Source: a candidate division BRC1 bacterium ADurb.Bin183
GTDB lineage: Bacteria > Sumerlaeota > Sumerlaeia > MWCT01
Length of the DNA: 64,000 bases
Assembly (NCBI GenBank): GCA_002070185.1
Contig: MWCT01000008.1
Span: forward strand, 57,625-121,624
Direction: 5' to 3'
Shown: positions 41,680 to 50,234 of the stretch, in pieces
Position numbering within the stretch: position 1 is the first letter of the stretch
How the letters are laid out: each line of letters begins with the position of its first letter
Translations under genes and position numbers: made by a program
The notes under the pieces: generated by a model
Told to the model about the DNA's origin: nothing
The model's input: only the letters and a program-made list of their open reading frames with translations
Databases searched by the model: none

Positions 41680-43192
41680 TTACAATCCTGATGTCCTGAA
41701 CTGTCTTGCCAATCTCTCCAGCGACGAGGTCTTCACCCCGCCGCAACTGGCAAATCAGATATTGGACCTTCTGCCGCAATCTCTTTGGAGTAATCCCGAA
41801 GTTCGATTCCTTGACCCGGCTTGCAAGACCGGCGTTTTCCTGCGCGAGATAGCAAAGCGGCTCGATAAAGGATTAGAGCCGAAAATCCCTGAACGGCAGG
41901 AGCGAATTAATCACATCATGAAAAAGCAGATATTCGGAATTGCAATCACGGAGTTGACCGGACTTCTTTCGCGTCGCTCGCTTTATTGCTCCAAAAATGC
42001 CAATAGCAAATATTCCGTCTGCACTGTATTCAATAACACGCAGGGCAATATCCGCTTCAAGCGCATCGAGCACAATTGGAGGGATGGCAGATGTCTGGAC
42101 TGCGGCGCAAATGAGGAAAATTATAAACGCGGTGAAGAACTGGAGACACACGCCTATCAATTTATCCATGCACATAAACCGGAGGGAATCTTTAATATGA
42201 AATTCGATGTCATTATCAGCAACCCGCCGTATCAGTTGAGCGATGGAGGAGGTACGGGTATGAGTGCGCGCCCAATCTACCAATTTTTTGTTCAGCAAGC
42301 AAAAAAAATCAACCCTCGCTATTTAAGTATGATTATTCCTTCGCGTTGGTTTGCGGGTGGAAAAGGGTTGCAAGAATTTCGAGCTGAAATGCTTAGCGAC
42401 AATAGGATGCGAAAACTTGTTGATTTTGAAAGTGCTTCTGAAGTGTTTCCTGGTGTTGACATTGCTGGAGGAGTTTGTTACTTCCTTTGGGAACGCGATA
42501 CACAGGGGCCTTGTGAAATTACTAGCTTTTATGAAGGGAAACCTGTTATATCTGTTAGGTCACTAAATGAATTCCCAACATTTATAAGAAACAGCCAAGC
42601 TGTACCGATTATCCGTAAAATACTTGCAAAGAATGAGAACAATAATAAGCGCCTTAACGAAAGAGTATCTTCCAGAAAGCCTTTCGGCTTACCATCAAAT
42701 TATGCTCCTAAAAGCAAAGGAGTTCCTTGCTGGTTCACACAAAAAATTGGCTTGAAATTTGCAAGTAGTTCTGATATTTTAGATGAACATGGCTTTTTGA
42801 ATAAATGGAAATTATTGATACCGTTCGCGCCTATCGCAGGTCAAACTGATTTTTCAAAACCAGTCGGGTTTTACTATGATGGAAACGTAAGAGTTGCCAA
42901 GCCGGGCGAGTGCTGTACAGAGTCGTGGCTAGTAGCATGTGCCTTCTCCACAAAAGAGAAAGTTCTTTCATTCAAATCGTATCTTTTTACTAAAACTGTT
43001 CGCTTTCTGTTATTACAAATGGTGATGTCACAAAATGTTACCAGACAGAATTTTTACTTCATTCCAGATTTAGAAGATTACGAAGGTGAATATACCGACG
43101 AACTGCTTCGCAAAAGGTGGGGCGTTTCTGATGAAGAGTGGAATTTTATAGATTCGAAAATTCGCACTATCGGCGAGACCAGCGATGAGTAA
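41663..43192 (+). CDS. Eco57I-like gamma-class N6-adenine DNA methyltransferase with a C-terminal target-recognition region
   Basis: DEVFTPPQLANQILDLL, FLDPACKTGVFL (motif I, from 41813) and FDVIISNPPYQ (NPPY at 42221-42232). I prefer the ATG at 41663, after gagga. It overlaps the upstream gene by 17 nt. Confidence 0.85.
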   Translation: MLKKNNYNPDVLNCLANLSSDEVFTPPQLANQILDLLPQSLWSNPEVRFLDPACKTGVFLREIAKRLDKGLEPKIPERQERINHIMKKQIFGIAITELTGLLSRRSLYCSKNANSKYSVCTVFNNTQGNIRFKRIEHNWRDGRCLDCGANEENYKRGEELETHAYQFIHAHKPEGIFNMKFDVIISNPPYQLSDGGGTGMSARPIYQFFVQQAKKINPRYLSMIIPSRWFAGGKGLQEFRAEMLSDNRMRKLVDFESASEVFPGVDIAGGVCYFLWERDTQGPCEITSFYEGKPVISVRSLNEFPTFIRNSQAVPIIRKILAKNENNNKRLNERVSSRKPFGLPSNYAPKSKGVPCWFTQKIGLKFASSSDILDEHGFLNKWKLLIPFAPIAGQTDFSKPVGFYYDGNVRVAKPGECCTESWLVACAFSTKEKVLSFKSYLFTKTVRFLLLQMVMSQNVTRQNFYFIPDLEDYEGEYTDELLRKRWGVSDEEWNFIDSKIRTIGETSDE

Positions 43193-44366
43193 GCCCAAGA
43201 GCAAAGCCCTTGCGGCAAAACCCCCTGCCCTCTTCGACCGCATCGTTTCAATACTCGAACAGGCGCGGGGCAATGTTGCCCGGGCGGTCAACACAAATAT
43301 GGTGCTGGCGTATTGGCTGATTGGACGGGAGATTGTAGAAGAAATCCAGCGCGGCAAAGGACGGGCGAAGTATGGCGAAAAGGTCATAGAAGAACTTTCA
43401 GCGAGGCTGACCGGGCGGTATGGGAAGGGTTTCTCCAAGCCGGTGTTATGGAATTTCCGACAGTTCTATCTAGCGTATCCCGACAGGGCGGAGATTCTCT
43501 TCCCACTGGGGAGAGAATCGACCGATGTCGAAAAACTCTCCCCAGTGGGTGGGGAATTGGTTTCAACCAAAAGCCACCTACCAGACAGCGAATCTTCGCT
43601 GGGGTTTTCTCCTCAGCTTTCCTGGTCACACTACCGGGCGTTAATGCGCGTAGAGAACCGGAAAGCGCGCGATTTCTATGAGCGCGAGGCGATCGCGGGC
43701 GGTTGGGATAAGCGCACACTGGAACGGCAAATTATCACGCAATACTACGAGCGTTGTCTGCACAGCCAGCAACCAGAAAAAATAATCGCTGAAGGACGGA
43801 ATCTACAGAAAACGGAAGCCTGCGCAGCCGATACGCTCAAAAATCCTTATGTTCTGGAATTTCTGGGCTATCCGAACTTTGCTGAACTACGTGAGTCAGA
43901 CCTGGAAACGGCAATCATCACTCATCTGCAACGCTTCCTTTTGGAGTTGGGAAACGGATTCGCTTTCGTCGCGCGCCAGAAGCATATCCGCATTGAGGAG
44001 GATGACCGCTTTATTGATCTCGTTTTCTATCACTGCCGATTAAAGTTCTATCTGCTGATTGATCTGAAACTGGGAAAGCTGTCGCATGAGGATGTCGGGC
44101 AAATGGACGGCTATGTGCGGATGTTCGACGGTCTTTTTACCGCGCCGGATGATAACCCGACTATCGGCTTAATTCTCTGCACGGAAAAGAGCGACACTGT
44201 TGCCCGCTACTCGGTGCTGAACGACCGCAAACAGATTTTCGCATCCAAGTATCTGCCGAATCTGCCCAGCGAAGAACAATTGCGGTTGGAAATCAACAGG
44301 GAACGCCGGCTGATCGAGGCAGCGCTGGAGGAACGCCGGAAATTGCCGGAAGGGAGACAATCATGA
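43185..44366 (+). CDS. DUF1016/YhcG-family PD-(D/E)XK nuclease-domain protein
   Basis: The N-terminal helical region is NTNMVLAYWLIGREIVEE...YGEKVIEELSARL. The C-terminal nuclease core is GFAFVARQKHI...FIDLVFYH...LLIDLKLGKL (DLK at 44061-44069). There is an 8-nt overlap (ATGAGTAA) with the MTase stop. Confidence 0.85.
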   Translation: MSKPKSKALAAKPPALFDRIVSILEQARGNVARAVNTNMVLAYWLIGREIVEEIQRGKGRAKYGEKVIEELSARLTGRYGKGFSKPVLWNFRQFYLAYPDRAEILFPLGRESTDVEKLSPVGGELVSTKSHLPDSESSLGFSPQLSWSHYRALMRVENRKARDFYEREAIAGGWDKRTLERQIITQYYERCLHSQQPEKIIAEGRNLQKTEACAADTLKNPYVLEFLGYPNFAELRESDLETAIITHLQRFLLELGNGFAFVARQKHIRIEEDDRFIDLVFYHCRLKFYLLIDLKLGKLSHEDVGQMDGYVRMFDGLFTAPDDNPTIGLILCTEKSDTVARYSVLNDRKQIFASKYLPNLPSEEQLRLEINRERRLIEAALEERRKLPEGRQS

Positions 44367-46897
44367 GTAAGGAGTTTTTTCCACAACGCCCGGCATCGCA
44401 GCCCACAATCTACGCTTATGAGGATACTAATCCAATGTATGCCGGCATGCTCAAGGTAGGCTACACTTCAAAGGGGAATGCGCGGGAGCGTGTGGCGGCG
44501 CAGTATCCAACACTCCGACCTGGAGAACCGCCCTATAACATCGTCCTTGAAGAATCTGCAATGCGCCGCGATGGCACAACCTTCACCGACCGCGACGTTC
44601 ACCGCATGCTGCGCATCAATGGAATTAAGAATCCAGCTGGCGAGTGGTTCTGTTGCTCGGTTGAGCAGGTTAAGTCAGCGATCGTTGCTGTGCGGGAGGG
44701 ACAACTGTTTGAAGAACAGAGATCTCTGGATTTCAAAATGCGCCCCGAGCAGATAGAAGCTGTCGAAAAAACGGCGTCATACTTTGCAAGTTGGCTTAAA
44801 GAGGAAGGCAACCAAAATAAATCGCCGCACTTTCTCTGGAATTGCAAGATGCGCTTCGGCAAAACCTTTGCCGCCTACCAACTTGCCAAAAAAATGAATT
44901 GGAAAAAAATCCTCGTTCTGACATTCAAGCCGGCTGTCCAGAGCGCTTGGGAAGAAGACTTATTAAGTCATGTGGATTTCCAAGGCTGGCAGTTTATCAA
45001 GCCCGGCGGTTTGACTTATGAACAAGCCGACAAGAAGAAACCAATAGTCTGCTTCGGGTCTTTTCAGGATTATCTTGGGCGCAACCCCGCCACAGGCGGC
45101 ATTAAAACCAAAAATGAATGGGTGCATACAACCAATTGGGATTGTGTGATTCTGGACGAATACCATTATGGCGCATGGCGTGAAAAAGCCAAAGAACTAT
45201 ACGACGCAGAGGATGAAAATGAGCGGGCGTTCGCCGAAGGTCAAGGCGCAGAATTCTTAAAAAATACAGAAGAAGAAATCGGGGATTTCCTGCCCATCAC
45301 AACGAACCACTATCTTTACCTATCCGGCACGCCGTTCCGCGCTATTGCATCTGGCGAATTTATTGAAGAACAAATTTTCAACTGGACATATTCGGATGAA
45401 CAAAAGGCAAAAGAAGAATGGACAGGACCGGATAATCCTTATGCCGCATTGCCGCGCATGGTGCTGATGACATATCAGTTGCCGGAAGCCATCCGCAAAA
45501 TTGCCCTTATGGGCGAGTTCAACGAATTTGAACTAAACGAATTCTTTCGCGCTGAAGGTATTGGAAAAGATGCCCAATTCAAACATGAAAATGAAGTGCA
45601 AAAGTGGTTGGATCTCATACGCGGCACAACTCGCGAAACGACGTTAGACTATTTAAAAATGGGAGCGCAAAAACCGCCGCTTCCTTTTTCAGATGTAAGG
45701 TTATTGAACGTGCTCTCTCATACATTCTGGTATCTACCGAGTGTTGCTTCCTGCTACGCCATGAGCAATCTAATGGCAAAAAGGCAAAACACATTCTATC
45801 ATGACTATAAGGTGATTGTTGCGGCGGGCAGCGCCGCGGGGACGGGCGTTAAAGCCTTGCCGCCAGTGCTGGATGCTATGAATGAGCCCCTCAAGACGAA
45901 AACCATCACACTTTCCTGTGGCAAATTGACGACCGGTGTTACAGTCCGTCCGTGGGCGGGCATATTCATGCTGCGAAAATTGAGCAGTCCAGAAAGCTAT
46001 TTCCAATCTGCTTTCCGGGTGCAGAATCCGTGGGTTATTAAAAATCCAGATGGAACCGAGCCTAATAAAGAGTTGTTCCTCAAAGACGAATGTTATATTT
46101 TTGATTTTGCTCCCGACCGTGCCCTGCAACAACTGGCGGAGTATGCTTGCCGCCTGAATGTGAACGAGAGCAGTCCGGAAAAAAATATCGAGGAATTCAT
46201 CCGCTTCCTGCCAGTGCTGGCTTATGACGGCAGTTCCATGAAGCAGATTGACGCCGCCGGCATTCTCGACATGGCAATGAGCGTCACAACGGCAACCCTG
46301 CTTGCGCGCCGCTGGGAGAGCGCCCTATTAGTGAATGTGGATAATGAGACACTGCGCCGGCTAATGAATAATGAAGAAGCCATGCAAGCATTGATGAGCA
46401 TTGAGGGATTCCGCCGTCTAAATCAGGAAATTGAGACTATCATCAACAAATCCGAGGCAGTGAAGAAACTCAAGCGTGAAGCCAATGACCGTAAACTTTC
46501 CAAAAATGAGAAGCGTCAGTTGTCGGAAGAGGAAAAAGAATACAAGAGCAAGCGCAAACAAATTCAGGAAAAACTGATTAAATTTGCCACGCGAATCCCA
46601 TTGTTTATGTATCTGACAGATTACCGTGAACGCAAACTGGAAGATGTCATCACCCAGTTAGAACCGGGTCTGTTCAAAAAAGTGACCGGTTTGGCTGTCA
46701 AGGATTTTGAACTTCTTGTAAGCCTTGGATTATTTAATCGAGCTTTGATGAATCAAGCAGTCCTATACTTCAAACGGTATGAAGACCCTAGCTTGGTTTA
46801 TACTGGAATTGATAAACATGAAGAGGAAAAGATAGGGCTTTTTGACACTGTTATAAGCAAAGATGATTTCGATGCAATATTCGTAAACCAAAATTGA
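44363..46897 (+). CDS. T5orf172 (GIY-YIG-like) domain fused to an SF2 (ResIII/DEAH-type) helicase
   Basis: The N-terminus has IYAY...MLKVGYTS...RERV...GEWF. The helicase motifs are RFGKT (44858-44866), ILDEYH (45155-45166), LSGTPFR and QSAFRVQN. A Lys/Glu-rich coiled-coil-like segment lies near aa 690-740. There is a 4-nt ATGA overlap with the upstream gene. Confidence 0.8.
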   Translation: MSKEFFPQRPASQPTIYAYEDTNPMYAGMLKVGYTSKGNARERVAAQYPTLRPGEPPYNIVLEESAMRRDGTTFTDRDVHRMLRINGIKNPAGEWFCCSVEQVKSAIVAVREGQLFEEQRSLDFKMRPEQIEAVEKTASYFASWLKEEGNQNKSPHFLWNCKMRFGKTFAAYQLAKKMNWKKILVLTFKPAVQSAWEEDLLSHVDFQGWQFIKPGGLTYEQADKKKPIVCFGSFQDYLGRNPATGGIKTKNEWVHTTNWDCVILDEYHYGAWREKAKELYDAEDENERAFAEGQGAEFLKNTEEEIGDFLPITTNHYLYLSGTPFRAIASGEFIEEQIFNWTYSDEQKAKEEWTGPDNPYAALPRMVLMTYQLPEAIRKIALMGEFNEFELNEFFRAEGIGKDAQFKHENEVQKWLDLIRGTTRETTLDYLKMGAQKPPLPFSDVRLLNVLSHTFWYLPSVASCYAMSNLMAKRQNTFYHDYKVIVAAGSAAGTGVKALPPVLDAMNEPLKTKTITLSCGKLTTGVTVRPWAGIFMLRKLSSPESYFQSAFRVQNPWVIKNPDGTEPNKELFLKDECYIFDFAPDRALQQLAEYACRLNVNESSPEKNIEEFIRFLPVLAYDGSSMKQIDAAGILDMAMSVTTATLLARRWESALLVNVDNETLRRLMNNEEAMQALMSIEGFRRLNQEIETIINKSEAVKKLKREANDRKLSKNEKRQLSEEEKEYKSKRKQIQEKLIKFATRIPLFMYLTDYRERKLEDVITQLEPGLFKKVTGLAVKDFELLVSLGLFNRALMNQAVLYFKRYEDPSLVYTGIDKHEEEKIGLFDTVISKDDFDAIFVNQN

Positions 46898-47069
46898 TTT
46901 TCCCTCTGCCTATTTAATCGCAAATCATTCTCGCTAATTTTCAAGGCAGAACGCCCTTGACCCGATGGGGGCGTTTGAGGTTACATCTTATTATCATCGC
47001 AATTATTCCGAAAGTTTTCATCAAAATCAAAACACCAACAGCGGCAATCGAATTGTGTGAGGTTTGAAC

Positions 47070-48500
47070 ATGCTTCAAAAACGTCTTGATGATTTCAGGG
47101 TGCTTTTCCCGCGGGAGGGAAATATGCAAACAGACGCCCTTGTTTATATCAGCCGCAATCTTGAGCCAGAACCGGAGGCGCTGCAGCAACTCATCAACGC
47201 CGCATCCATTCCCAATGTGCGCAAGGCGCTCGCGACGCCGGACATCCATACAGGTTTCGGCGTGCCTATCGGCTCTATTGTCGCCATGCCGAACGAAATT
47301 ATTCCCTCCGCGGTGGGTTATGACATCAATTGCGGGATGCGTCTCATGACAACGCCGCTCATGCGTGGGGATGTAGATGTTCGGCGGCTTGCGGATTCCA
47401 TTCATCGAAACATCCCGCTCGGCGAAGGGAAAAAAAATATCAAGGTCTCCAACTCCGAGATGCGCCTTATTGTGGAGCGGGGCGTGCGCAGCATGGGCGA
47501 CTGGGCGCGCGCCAATCCCAAACTGGAAAAGGTCTGGGACGAGGATGAATATCAATCCGACATGGAAAAAATCGAAGAGCGCGGGTCGATGGCGGGGCGA
47601 ATCGAGGCGCTCTCCAACCGCGCCATTGAGCGGGGGCTCGACCAGATAGGAACGCTCGGCGGCGGGAATCACTTCATCGAGATTCAGGAGGTTAAAAGCA
47701 TTGCGGATGAAAAACTCGCCGCCGCTTTCGGCTTAAAAAAAGGGCAGATTGTTGTCATGATTCATTCCGGTTCGCGCGGTTTGGGACATCAAATCGGAGG
47801 CGACTACATGCATCGGGCTGCGGGCGCGGCGGGAAAAAAAGCGCCCGACCGCTCGCTTGGATTTTTCTGCGTGGAAAGCTCTGATGGCAAAGATTATATC
47901 GCCGCCATGCATGCTGCCGCCAATTTTGCCTTTGTCAATCGCCAGACTATGGCGATGCTTGTGCGGAGGGAATTCAGATACCTTTATGGCTCAATGCCGA
48001 TGCCGCTTATTTATGATGTCCCGCACAACATGGCAAAGATGGAAAAACATGGAGGCGAGCATCTTTGGGTTCATCGCAAAGGCGCCACGCGCGCCTTCCC
48101 CAAACATCGAATGCAGGGCAGCCCATATTCCCATTTGGGGCAGCCCGTCATCATTCCCGGTTCTATGGGAACAGCAAGTTACCTTCTCCTTGGCACAGAT
48201 ACCGGCTCCGAAAGTTTATACAGCGTCAATCACGGCGCGGGACGAACCATGTCGCGGACAGCGGCGGCTGGTAAGTCGCGGCGTCGGGATGGAAAGGCGA
48301 TAAAGGCGGGAAGTATCAGCGATGAGCGTTTCGAGGAGACCATGCGCGGCATATATCTCGTGTGCGAGGATCGCCGCACGATTAAAGAAGAAGCGCCGGA
48401 TGCCTATAAAGATATTGACGAAGTGATTAACGTTGTCGTTGGCGCAGGCTTGGCAGCTCTCGTCGCCCGAATGGTTCCGCTTGCTGTTCTGAAGGGATAG
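47070..48500 (+). CDS. rtcB: RtcB-family RNA 3'-phosphate ligase
   Basis: TPDIHTGFGVPIG, GYDINCGMR, GGGNHF, HSGSRGLGH and NHGAGR motifs. It uses a TAG stop. Confidence 0.9.
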   Translation: MLQKRLDDFRVLFPREGNMQTDALVYISRNLEPEPEALQQLINAASIPNVRKALATPDIHTGFGVPIGSIVAMPNEIIPSAVGYDINCGMRLMTTPLMRGDVDVRRLADSIHRNIPLGEGKKNIKVSNSEMRLIVERGVRSMGDWARANPKLEKVWDEDEYQSDMEKIEERGSMAGRIEALSNRAIERGLDQIGTLGGGNHFIEIQEVKSIADEKLAAAFGLKKGQIVVMIHSGSRGLGHQIGGDYMHRAAGAAGKKAPDRSLGFFCVESSDGKDYIAAMHAAANFAFVNRQTMAMLVRREFRYLYGSMPMPLIYDVPHNMAKMEKHGGEHLWVHRKGATRAFPKHRMQGSPYSHLGQPVIIPGSMGTASYLLLGTDTGSESLYSVNHGAGRTMSRTAAAGKSRRRDGKAIKAGSISDERFEETMRGIYLVCEDRRTIKEEAPDAYKDIDEVINVVVGAGLAALVARMVPLAVLKG

Positions 48501-48515
48501 CGCGCGGGAATGCGG

Positions 48516-50234
48516 TTAATGAATCATATACAAATAAGGCTGCGGAAGAAAGGGTCTATAATCGTTTGGAACGCGCTGCTGGGCTTTATCATCAAGCGCT
48601 TTCTCAAAAGGGCGGATGTCGTAAAATAATTCAAGATAGGCATCCGTCCAAGTCAGAATAATGGGAAGCTTTTTATAATTCGGCTGAATAATCCACGACA
48701 TTAAATCATTAATAAACGCCTCCTTTGATTCGGGAACATCCGTCTGGCGTATGGTAATCAGCGGAGAATTGGGCGGGGCGTCCTTAAAATAGGCGGCATA
48801 CCAGCCGCTATGGATGAAATTCGACCCGACGATTGTCAAATCCTCCCTCATGCCAAGCGCCTTTTGCATATACCAGAGAACATATATGTCATTATCGCTT
48901 TGAGTAATCACCAGCGACTGATGCGGCGCCTTGCGGCAAACATTCAGCCCATAATTAAAGGCGTCAAGATGCCTTGATTTATCCTCAAAATGATAAAGGC
49001 TTAAAAGGCTGATGAGCGGCAAAATAAACAACGGATAAATAATAAAATTAACCTTTCTACCGCAGAAGTAAATCTCAAACAAGTGCAAAAGTCCAATCAG
49101 CCCAAAAAGTGCGGAAATGATTATCAAAGGCAAGCAAGCAAGAAAATACGGCTCAATATCAGGAATATTATACAGCAGGCTCATAAGCAGCGAAAAGACG
49201 AACGCCCCTAAAACGGCTGCTCCAACTGATTTCTTATATCTAAAAAGAATACCTGTCCCCCATGCCCATACAACCATCAAAGCGCAAAGGCACACCAGTT
49301 TAAGCGTTTTTGTGAAAAACGGGAACTCATAAAACTCCGACACAATCCATTTTCCAAAAAAATACAGACGTTGCGATACATGCCATTTGAATGTTTCAAC
49401 GGTAAATGGAATGCCCGGCAAAAACGACATAAATTGAAACTTTTTAAATTCGCCGCCGCTTACAACCCAGATAAAATTCTTCAAAGAGAGCGGATTGCCC
49501 CAGTTTAAAGCGGGCGATTGCGCAGCGCGTATTGGCAGATAGATATATGGGGAAAGCCCCGCTGCAAACAACAGACAGCTGATTATTAAAACCTTTGATT
49601 TCCCTTTTTCGGCGATATGGTTTGCAATCGCAATAACAATCAGAGGCGCAAGCGTAAGGCTGAGCATGTGGTTGCTGAATGCAAGCCCCCATAGTCCCAT
49701 CATGCCCATCAAATAACCCTCGCGCCTCTCCGTGATATGTTTTAGGAAAAGCTGGATTATCAAAGCCATAAAAAATATATGGAGCGCATAAACCTCTGTT
49801 GTCGTGGCATGGAACCAAAAAGTCCTTGAAAAGGCAATCAAAAACGCGCCAGCCAGCGCCGCCGCTTGCCTATAATGTTCATGCAAGAAATAATTCGCAG
49901 GAAGCAACTGGAGCGCCAAATTCAGGTTAAGAAAGAAAAAGCCGACAGCCAATGCGCCAAACAAAGCGCACATCAGATTTGTTCCCAACGCCGGATTATG
50001 ATTGAATATCTGGCAGAAAATATGACCGATTAAAGTAAACAGAGGATAACCTGTCGGATGGGCGATTCCAAGAGTGGCGCAGACTGTAGCAAGCTCTATC
50101 CCATCTCCCCAATAGATGCTCGGCGCCAAAGTTGCAAGATACACAGAAAACGATACCACAACCGAACAGATAAAAATAAGAATATTAATTCGATTTTTCT
50201 TCAAGGATGGGCGCATGGCAGAGAAGTCAGTCAC
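48516..50234 (-). CDS. DUF2723 (TMEM260-like) GT-C membrane glycosyltransferase
   Basis: The N-terminus LATLAPSIYWGDGIELATVCATLGIAHPTGYPLF is the DUF2723 signature as I remember it. The protein is polytopic. The start is either GTG 50234 or ATG 50216. Confidence 0.75.
   Translation of the reverse strand: MTDFSAMRPSLKKNRINILIFICSVVVSFSVYLATLAPSIYWGDGIELATVCATLGIAHPTGYPLFTLIGHIFCQIFNHNPALGTNLMCALFGALAVGFFFLNLNLALQLLPANYFLHEHYRQAAALAGAFLIAFSRTFWFHATTTEVYALHIFFMALIIQLFLKHITERREGYLMGMMGLWGLAFSNHMLSLTLAPLIVIAIANHIAEKGKSKVLIISCLLFAAGLSPYIYLPIRAAQSPALNWGNPLSLKNFIWVVSGGEFKKFQFMSFLPGIPFTVETFKWHVSQRLYFFGKWIVSEFYEFPFFTKTLKLVCLCALMVVWAWGTGILFRYKKSVGAAVLGAFVFSLLMSLLYNIPDIEPYFLACLPLIIISALFGLIGLLHLFEIYFCGRKVNFIIYPLFILPLISLLSLYHFEDKSRHLDAFNYGLNVCRKAPHQSLVITQSDNDIYVLWYMQKALGMREDLTIVGSNFIHSGWYAAYFKDAPPNSPLITIRQTDVPESKEAFINDLMSWIIQPNYKKLPIILTWTDAYLELFYDIRPFEKALDDKAQQRVPNDYRPFLPQPYLYMIH

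Noticed and set aside
46950-46975. Hairpin aacgccc...gggcgtt after the helicase gene as the operon terminator.
   Set aside because: It has only a 7-bp stem, a 12-nt loop and no following U-tract, so it is not convincing as an intrinsic terminator.
40785-47063. att-like direct repeats or an integrase marking the defence cassette as an integrated mobile element.
   Set aside because: I compared the 223-bp left and 166-bp right flanks by eye and found nothing longer than about 6 nt in common. No integrase or transposase gene is adjacent. The tRNA genes are 10 kb away.
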